Below, piece by piece: positions 14,289 to 23,400 of a stretch of 64,000 nucleotides of DNA. The translations under genes were made by a program, and so were the position numbers. Source of the stretch: Haplodiscus bocki (lineage: Eukaryota); assembly GCA_965655095.1 (NCBI GenBank), contig OZ296655.1:55800001-55864000 (forward strand), written 5' to 3'. Position 1 is the stretch's first letter, and every line of letters begins with the position of its first letter. Below the pieces are notes generated by a model. The model did no database searches. It saw only the letters and a program-made list of their open reading frames with translations, and had not been told where the DNA came from.

Positions 14289-15206
14289 TGTAAATCGGAA
14301 AATGCCCCAAACACCACCTGTGAGTATTTTGACCCAAATATTGGTCAAATATGTCATAGTTAGCGCTTATTTTCAATGAGTTACAATGTATAGACGCCAT
14401 ATTCAATTTATGCAAATTTTGTGCTATCATTTGCATGAACTTCATGCATTTGTCACTCCAGCGGTGGATTTGCGCATGACTCACTAAATAGTTTTTTAGC
14501 ACCAAAGCTAACGAGCCAATAAGAGCTCACCGATGGTAAGAATTGCGTCTTACCATCGGTAACGTAACCCTGTAAATCCGACCGCGGAGAGCAAATCGGC
14601 AGCGATTTAGCTATTGCAACCGAGAGAGGTTTAATTGCTTACGAGTGAAAACTAGTGATAGACTTGAGCAGATTTGCACATACCCAACCTCGACCAGAAT
14701 TTCCAAACTTTGTAAACGTCACCTAGCTAATACATCCTTTTGCATCCGTCTAAACCCTCTCACTTGTGCAAAATTGAATAAACTACCATTTTTACTATAA
14801 TACATCGGCCCAAATCCTAATTAACCTCTACGCTGATTGCATGAGCTTTTCCCAGACGTATAGGACACTGAGAAGCGGGAAAACCTACGATTCACACACG
14901 CGTCCAGAAATATCCACTCACAAAGAAGAAAGGACAGTAGAAGCAGAAATAGACGCGAATGAAGGAAACGAAGGTACAAGTACAGGATTCTCGCCTGACA
15001 AGATTGAGGAAAAAATCAAGGCGAACCTTGAGCCACTTCAAGCTCAGTTCTTTCCTTTAACAAAAATAATAGATTGACCCAAGGGAACTCGGCCAGGTGA
15101 TTCACGATGGCAAGTACTCGCGAACCTCGACCACAATCCGAATCACCATTTACCTCTAGATTCCCAGCTGTAGCACCGCTAGCAACCGCGGGATACTCGA
15201 CCAATA
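14289..15206 (+). mobile_element. LTR-retrotransposon fragment (LTR-like sequence with gag-leader-like ORF remnant)
   Basis: AATAAA at ~14777, then ORF 14841-15077 (RTLRSGKTY...DKIEEKIKANLEPLQAQ). An N-terminal 'LRSGK' plus a coiled coil is typical of Gypsy gag leaders. Boundaries are approximate and no TSD was found. Confidence 0.4.
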
Positions 15207-17117
15207 ATGGTATAGCAGAAAGTTATCTTTAACTTTTTTATACTAGGTACACAGACTATACGAGCCGGCAACCCCCACAGTTGGCGCTAACTGTATAACT
15301 GTAAGATTCAATATACTTTTAGGGAGAGGCCTTGATGTTATGAATAGTTTCCTTTTTTTCTAAATATATATAAACCGAAAGGAACTATACTGATCCCTCA
15401 ATTTTTGCCCCAATTTGGTCAAATTGGTGAAGAATCGAGGCGTAAATGCGGGGCATCACAAAATTTTTGTTTAGTTTTTTGGGAAAAAAAGAAAATGCGA
15501 AGACCAGCACAAAAGTATCTATGGTAGGTTGCTAAAAGTGGCGGATATTCGAGTGGCGTATGTTCGAGTGGAATGTTGTGGGTTTCACAAAATTTCTTGT
15601 TATTGATGTTTTTGGGAACAAAATGCCAAGGACAGCCTAAAAGCACGCGTTGATTAGAAAAACCGGGGGGAGGCAATCGAGTAAGAATCGCATTAGAATT
15701 GTTTTAGTACGCTAGAAGACCTGCGATTACTACGGCCATGAAGCTAGGAAGATACGAACGCAGTGCATGAAAACGCTGTCATGCAGTTTTCAGTTCCGTG
15801 TGACACGAAAAAAAACCTATCTAAATGTCGGCCTCTTCACACATAAGTAAAGCGCGGAATACTTAATTTAATCATTAAACCAAAGTTTCATCCATCAGTC
15901 GACCAAATCTAAAAAAGTTAAATCTGAATATACACATAGGCATCGAAAAGATAAGCACACTCAAAAAATGTAGCTGAGCTAATTTTAGGAAAAAACTCGG
16001 ATAAGTCCGATAAAGCAGAATATAGGATGCGAATGAAAATGACACATTTCAGAAAAAAATGCTAACAATTGAAAGCACGGGAAAGTGAAAGGACGCATAC
16101 TGAAACGAAAGAAAGTAAACGGAGACGTTCGTTCGCTTTCTAAGTAGTAATAAAATGAAATTATACCGCTGTCCAAGTTCACTTCTTTATTGCTCAGCCA
16201 GCCAGTCACAAAAAATCTGGCATGATGTGAAAAAAAGTAGAATTGTTGGCTTTGGGCTAGTAGCCTAATGCTCAAAAGTCAACTTCACACTATCTGATAA
16301 CCACACAAAACATTTTACTAGGTGCCCATGAAAAACAGAATTCTCGCTCGTTTTGTTACCGCTGGTGTCTCGCGCACTGATGGGCCCCGTATCCAGGTAC
16401 AAAAGCAGAGTAAAAAAAGAGAATTCTTACAAGTAACAACACTGAAAGTTACCCAACAAAGAAAACGCCCAGAATTTATTACCTTTTTTAAATGAACTTT
16501 TTGTTTATACCGTTGCCAGAAAGAGCCTGAAACTACTACCTGCAACGAAACCACTCATACATAAAAACTTACTGGCGCTCCATTTTCACGAGCCCATGCA
16601 TATAAAGATACGCTACAAAACAAAACAGCCAGTTCATCTTGTGTCAGACCGGCTACAGCTGAGTGATGATGAACCAGCAGTTCTGGAGAAACGGTCTCTT
16701 CGTGACGTCTGTTCGCTTGTTCATTTCTGAGGTCCCGCATTAGCTCACAGAGATGAGCCAGTTGTTGTGAAAGGGAGTCAGTATTTGCTCTAATTTGTCG
16801 AGCGACTTTCCCAGACGTAACGGATACGCACGGTGATGTCTCACTCGTGATCTGACATCCTTCTCGGAGTATTTTCCAACAAATTTTCAGTTTCGCTGCT
16901 ACTATCTATGTCGTCAGTCTCAATGGCTAGAGTCTTTTTCATAAATTGGGAAAACGGGCTGAGGTTATTTTTCTGATCGTTAATTTTAGTGAGATTGCTG
17001 TCAAATTTAACAGCAGAAATTTAAGTTATTCACAAAAGTAGGATTGAAGAAAATCAGAGTTTTATATTGAGGATGATGTGACATTATCTGAGGAGACGCT
17101 CTGCTTTTCACTATCAA

Positions 17118-17419
17118 TGTAACGGCTGTTGTGCCGATTGCTGCTTTCGCGTGCCCAATTACTCGCACTAATTGGTTGTGTCATTTGAGTTGGTCACGTG
17201 AGCCTGATTCTGGCCCGTGGTTGGCTGCTGGTCTTCACACCTATTTAAACTCAACAGGTGATGAAGACAATTGCACCTCATTCTCTGCACCAATAGTTGT
17301 TGGTCTTGTTGCTTAGGTTAGGGTGTATCACTGAATACGAATTTCACATTTCATTATGATGCTACCCGCTACTGTTATTCCAAACGCGGTGCTAATATCG
17401 CGAAATTTACACCGTGACA
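17118..17419 (+). repeat. Solo LTR (302 bp)
   Basis: Termini TGTAACGG...CCGTGACA (7/8 inverted match, TG...CA), internal TATA-like CTATTTAAA at ~17241, and flanks TCAA/TAAA (4-bp TSD with one mismatch). Confidence 0.7.
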
Positions 17420-19380
17420 TAAATATAACTATTTTGTACTCATTGCACCTTCAGTAAAATGTTGATGCTGGTTTCATTTGACGAGGTCAATATTTCGTGA
17501 TTTGCAAGGCTTTCATTCAATTCACTGAGCACTTCACGAACGTTGTCGTAGCACAGATTCCGTTATATAAGACATGAATTGTGTTCATGACAAATAGGAG
17601 GTTGTGACATAATGGTTTTCAAATAGGTGTGTGACTATTGAGCTGCATAAATTGGTTGTCTTAGGTTATAATGAACAATTTAAGACTTCTTAACATATAA
17701 CATAGGCTATTTGCATATTCGCGTTTATGTAGGGTTCATATTTCCATCATGCTGGCATGACATCTTGTGTCACATTTGTTGCGCTTTTCAGTATTTGATA
17801 ATTCGATTAATCATAATACGAAGCTGCTTTCATAGTTTTTTGATCTCGACAAAGTTGAATCGTTTTTTAAGCTGCTGCAATTTTGCTAATCAATTACTTT
17901 CGTCATTCTCTCACGGAAACTGAATGGAATACAGAAAGTCCCAGATAGCAGAGCTTTCATTAAAAGGTATGACAAGAGAAAGTAAAAGTGACATCTTTAG
18001 AATAAAATTGGGGCTGCAAAAAAGGGGGAATTTTAGAATTGAAGTTTCAGTCCCTTGAAACCAGTTTTGCCTACTATGAAAGGATTGACGGATTTAACTG
18101 ATTCGAAAGGATACCAAAATGAACCGAAATTCGTAACTTATTCGTTTCACCAGCCAACCTAAAAGCCAAATAGATTCGAAACCTATTCATCATTGATACT
18201 TCCTAACATTCGTTTATAACTTCGTATGAAAATTTAACGAAAATTTATTGAATACGCTTCCAGTACTCGAAAATATTGTCTGATTGAGTGTTAATCATTT
18301 AGCATCTATTCTTGTTCAATTTTTTTCGTCAAAGATACTAAAAAAAGTCTCTTGAAAAAACCAGAATTACTGATTAGGACCAATGATCAGAAAACATGCA
18401 ATCAAATTTATTTTATAAAACATGGAAAATTCAGACATTTCCCATAAAAGTAATTTGAATATTTTCGCTGCAGCAACAAGTTTGTTCAAAATGTCAAGGT
18501 AATATGGAAACCGTAAAATATCTCGCACGTCTATTGCCTCGCTCTCTACTAGTACTTCAGAGTTGCTCATATGTTATTTCCTCGACTCTTTGACTATTAA
18601 ACTTTTAATTGCTAACAAGTAACTCGGCGTGGGTACTCATAAACTTGATCCTCTGTATTTTTTCTATTCTAATGCGCGACAAAATTGTACTGTAGTTTTA
18701 AAAGAACGGAGCTTAAGAGCTTTCCCTGACGCTTCTCAGCCAATAGGATCTCGTTATTTGCTCTCAATTCGCAATCTGATTGGTTAATATTTGCCAATTT
18801 TGGTAATCTCTGTCGTTTTTTCGAAGTTTGACCAAGTTTGAAAAAACTTTTTCGAAAAATTATGTACAACAAAAATTCCCCAGATTTTCTTGAATCCTGT
18901 GATTTATTTTGATTGCCGAAATAGTTTGAATATACATAGAATTCGCAAATTTTCAAAAACAAATCGTAAAACCCATCTTAAAACATGTAACTTCAAATTT
19001 CGTTGTATAAAAACAGCCACTTTATGCGCAATTTGAAATATTTTTGAAAACGAAGGATATTTATGGTTTCAAGACATTTAGGTGAACATTTACGTACAAG
19101 TTGTATCGAAAAAATTTTCTTTGAGGCCTTTAAATATCAAAAATACACGAAATTTAATTAAATTTGTCCAAAAATGACCATTTTTAACTTTTGCTGCATT
19201 GGTCGTAAAATTTTGAAACAAAAACGATTCTAAACTAGATTAAAATCTAAGAAACTATTTTCTACCAAAAGTAGCAATTTTAAATAGTTTCAGAGATATT
19301 GATGTCTAAAGTTGGTCAATTTATGCATAGGAGCTCCATTCTTTTAAAACACTACTGTAAGTTTGTCACTTATAAAATTA

Positions 19381-19496
19381 GTTTGCCAAATTTCGAAAGC
19401 GAACAACAAAACCTCGCCTAATTTTATGAAATTCTTTTCGTTTGCCAAATTTCGAAAGCGAACAACAAAACCTCGCCTAATTTTATGAAATTCTTT
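19381..19496. repeat. Perfect tandem duplication, 59-bp period
   Basis: gtttgccaaatttcgaaagcgaacaacaaaacctcgcctaattttatgaaattcttt occurs twice in a row. Confidence 0.95.
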
Positions 19497-20318
19497 GAAG
19501 AAACTTGAAAAAAAAAATCACAGCAGCAGGCAAAATTTAGGCATGGAAAGTTTAATATGAATCATCCAAAATCATTCAAAAAGTGTTTGGTAAATATAAA
19601 ATCTTAAACTTTCCCGTTTCTCAACTATATACTTCAGAAGACTTTAACCACGCGCGTAGAAAAAAAGGGGGCCTGGTGTGATAGACAAATAACCTCCGCA
19701 GGATGAGTTACGTCCGATGCAGGCACATTCATTCGAACAGTGTACAAGCAATTTCATCTTTACTGTCAAACAAATTAGCGGAACAGTTGGATCAATCCAT
19801 GGAAACTTTGAAAACTAAATTTTCAGCAGCAATCTCGGATTTGGCTGACCGAGTTGCAGGCTCCCAAGAAACAATTTCAACACTCACTCGCAATAGAAAC
19901 ACCGAGTAATTCCGAGATAATGAAGCGACGCATATCAACGATGGGACGCCGTAATCTACTGTGACAATTTTTGTTCCTGAAGGTCCAGAACTGATACCTA
20001 CCATGAACATGATCAATACCTCAGTGACGATACAACTCTAGAAGACAGAAAGATTACCACGGTTGGCTTGTGTTTACTCAGCGTTGAAACTCAATTCGTA
20101 CAGTTTCCGACAGTACGTTTCTTTTTTCAGATCTCAAAACTGCTAGTATTAGTGAACAAGTGGCCAAAATCGAAAACTAGACGAAATTACTTGTAACCCA
20201 AGTGAGGCTGCAGTTTCAGTAGTAACTGTAATAATCGACCTCTTTACTCTTCAAGGGCCGACAATAGAAAAAGTAAATTCTACATCAGATAGAAAAAGCA
20301 GCTTGTTACAAAAAAAGA

Positions 20319-20497
20319 TTAAAACATGCATCTGCAATAAGTAGTAATGGCGTCTCTGTGAGCTTCCACGTTGTGCACTCTCAGAATGTCAACTCCGAGA
20401 CTCGCAGCCGCTAAATGAACGCCCAAAGTTCCACCCACTCTTTCTCTAACATTTTTTCTTCCTGTCAAATCTCCCACCATTCTTTTGTTGCTGGCGC
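20319..20497 (-). CDS. folP: DHPS exon 5 (GASNKRMVGDLTG...GVDILRVHNVEAHRDAITTYCRCMF*), not in the ORF track
   Basis: S-x-K and RVH motifs; TAG| acceptor; TAA stop at 20321-20319. Confidence 0.92.
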
Positions 20498-23400
20498 CTA
20501 CAATAATTGGATGTTAACAAGTGAATTTTAAGAAAAATAATATCTCTTTCGTTGTGCAAAAATTTCCATCAATGTTGTTCCAAATCAAGTTCGCCAACTT
20601 CCTTCTTTGTTACTTTCAGTCATTCAGGGGGCAAGACACGTGAGATCAGTATTTTTTTTCCAATTTTCACAATTTTTCGCAATCAATTTGAGAAAAAAAA
20701 ACTCGCAAAAGTGAAACCGTAATCCAAACCCAAAATATTAACCACATTTTGACATAACTTTTCAAAAACTACTTTGGGTCTCAATTTTCAAGCTTTAAAA
20801 AATCCTCTTGTACCAAAAATTGAATTTGATCAATAATGCTTCCTTAAATTGCCAACAAACACTACCTATGAGCACACAGAGGCCCATTTTCTTCAACAAA
20901 GGAATGGATTTGATTAACTGCAAATCATGTTCCAAAGTCTTCCCGAATCCTATCCCGGGGTCAATGCATAAATTAGCAGGACTTCCTCCCAACTCATAGT
21001 ACCTCCTGGTCAGTGATTAAATCGGTTTATAATTAAAAAAAAATTCGAAACATTTACAAATGATTTCGCTGACCCCATGAGCCAAAGAAAGCATGTTGGC
21101 GGTAAAATCATTTTGATGCAACGACAATAAACTGATACCAAAACTTCCTTTGCAACGAAAAAATATGTCCCTAATTGATAGATACGATCAAATAAAACAG
21201 TGCAAGAGTTATTTCAAGTTGTTGACTTTTCGACAATATTTATTCCTCTGTTCCAAAAATTTGAACAACTTTTGATAAAAATGACATCCAAAACCATTAT
21301 CATATTTGTTGTTTTACGTTCAAAAACTTAGTGAACAAATAACATAATTGCAGCAAAAATCCAATTAGTTTTTGCTTTCTCATCTACAATTCACCCGCCG
21401 CAGTTTGATAAGACTGTGTTCACAGTTGTTGCCAAAGGTGAGCCATTTTTAGAGTTCGAAAAATTTTATGCCTACCGATTTTTTTGGTTACCTTGTAGAT
21501 AGCCCAGTAACAACCATCATTTGAACAAGTCATTCGATTTACACTGCAATAACGCCAAAAAAAGCATGAATTGATAAAACACAGCTGGTTAAGATCTACG
21601 AGTGCACTCTTCAAGTCATTACAGCAATAATCCAAAAATGATTGTAAATAATGCATCCGCGATCAACGGCAGTGCATTACTGGCTCGATGCAAGTAAAGG
21701 CAGTTTTTAACTTATATATAATATTTTTCCAGTAAAACGCCGTTAAGGCCGCTATTCTTCCGGGGAATAACCACTTCTCTGGTTAATTTTGACCGCCGTT
21801 ATCGACCTTATACCACAGAAGTTTCGGCCGATATTTCGACCTTATACCACAGAAGTTTCGGCCGATATTTCGACCTGGGAAACAGTCAATATAAAAATAA
21901 GGGAGCTCTAGATGCCATCAAACAACGTGGCATCAACTTGGCGTGCACAGTGCGTGATCATACAAAACCAAGCATTATTTAGGATTTACAGGAAACATTT
22001 CAAATCTAGGTTTAACTTTCTTAGAGAAAAATCAATTCTAACTCCCCCGACAGTAGCAGCGAGAATTACAACGCACTATGTATGCGTGGACTCTTCTATG
22101 ATTGGTTGAAAATCACTCACGTGTACCATAAACTTTGACGTTGCTTATTTATTAACGTATGCAATTTCGCTAGGGGTTCGAATCAGTTAGAAGAGGGGAG
22201 CTAACAGAAAAGATCCGCACTTTAGTTTTCAAATCATGGCTGGGAACTGTGTTACTTAGTTATTTGCAACTGTCAATAAGTTAGCAAATGTTGAAAGATA
22301 TTTTTTATCGGCTTTTTTTCGTCTGAAATTCCTGGTAGGATTAACAGATTTTTCTGGTGCAGCACATGTTGCTTTTAATATTCTCTCGGTTAACACCAGA
22401 AGTCACAAAAACATTTCAGTTCGTGCTTTTGTGATTAGGAATACGAAGTTTAACGAAAAAAATTATGCCCGTATTTAAGTAAAAAAACTCGATACTTATA
22501 CTTAAATTCACTGCCAGTTGGTTTCAAATTCACCTTTTTCGAAACCTGCAAGAAAAGATGGCGCATAAACGGGGTGAATGTATTGGAATTTGATCAACTC
22601 AGTCTTTTTATAGTGTATGGAAATTGCCATTCTCCCCATTAGATTTAGAAAACCTTGAGATGCAAGCATCTGTGCAGTCAATTATTGAGCACATCACAGA
22701 TGAGAAAACCAACCACTTTTCAGATCTCAAAAACTGAAAAATCCAGAAAGAGTCAATAGTACAAAAAGAGGTAATTTTGAGTCGAAAACGAGAGTTAGAA
22801 ATGCGGTCAAAGCTCTTTTGAAATTCAATTGCGTCCCCATATTGATATACCACAGGGAAATGACTGTGGAAGTGAACGTTGACAATGCAATTTATAGAAA
22901 TCTTGAAGGACTTGACTATAATGGATCTCGCATTTACGACAACTACCAAGGTTCAACACACTCCTTTGTGGCATCTCGAACCTACAACAAAGATGGCAGT
23001 GCGATATACTCAAACCTAGCTGTGTTTATGCATCACGTGTCATGTGCTTTTGCAATAATCTTTCATGTTAACTTTTGTAGTAGGATGAGATAATTTCCAA
23101 GTTATTTGACAGCAATGATTTGTTCCAAAGTTTGTCTGAATTTTGGTAAGGTTTGATTTATTTTTCAAGTCATTCCAAAGAATCGAGTAAAATCTTCATA
23201 TAGTGGTGAGCGAAAAAAATGTCGCTTTTACAAAAAGGGTTATTGTGAATCTTTGAACCGACGAATGTTCTTGATATTCACACAATATATAGACATGGAA
23301 CTTCTCTTTCAAAACATGTAACATTTATTCTCTCGTGTGTAGCTGCTGAGAAGCAGAACACGTAAAGTTTGTTCACGATTTCGTGAAAACATGCAGAAGC

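Noticed and set aside
19703-20035. Short coiled-coil ORF as a host gene
   Set aside because: It stops after 68 aa with no recognisable domain; probably a TE ORF1 or gag fragment.
21802-21876. 34-bp repeat as a CRISPR array
   Set aside because: The copies are adjacent with no spacers, there are no cas genes, and the context is eukaryotic.
22170-22190. GGTTCGAATC as a tRNA or SINE B-box
   Set aside because: No cloverleaf, acceptor stem or convincing A-box nearby.
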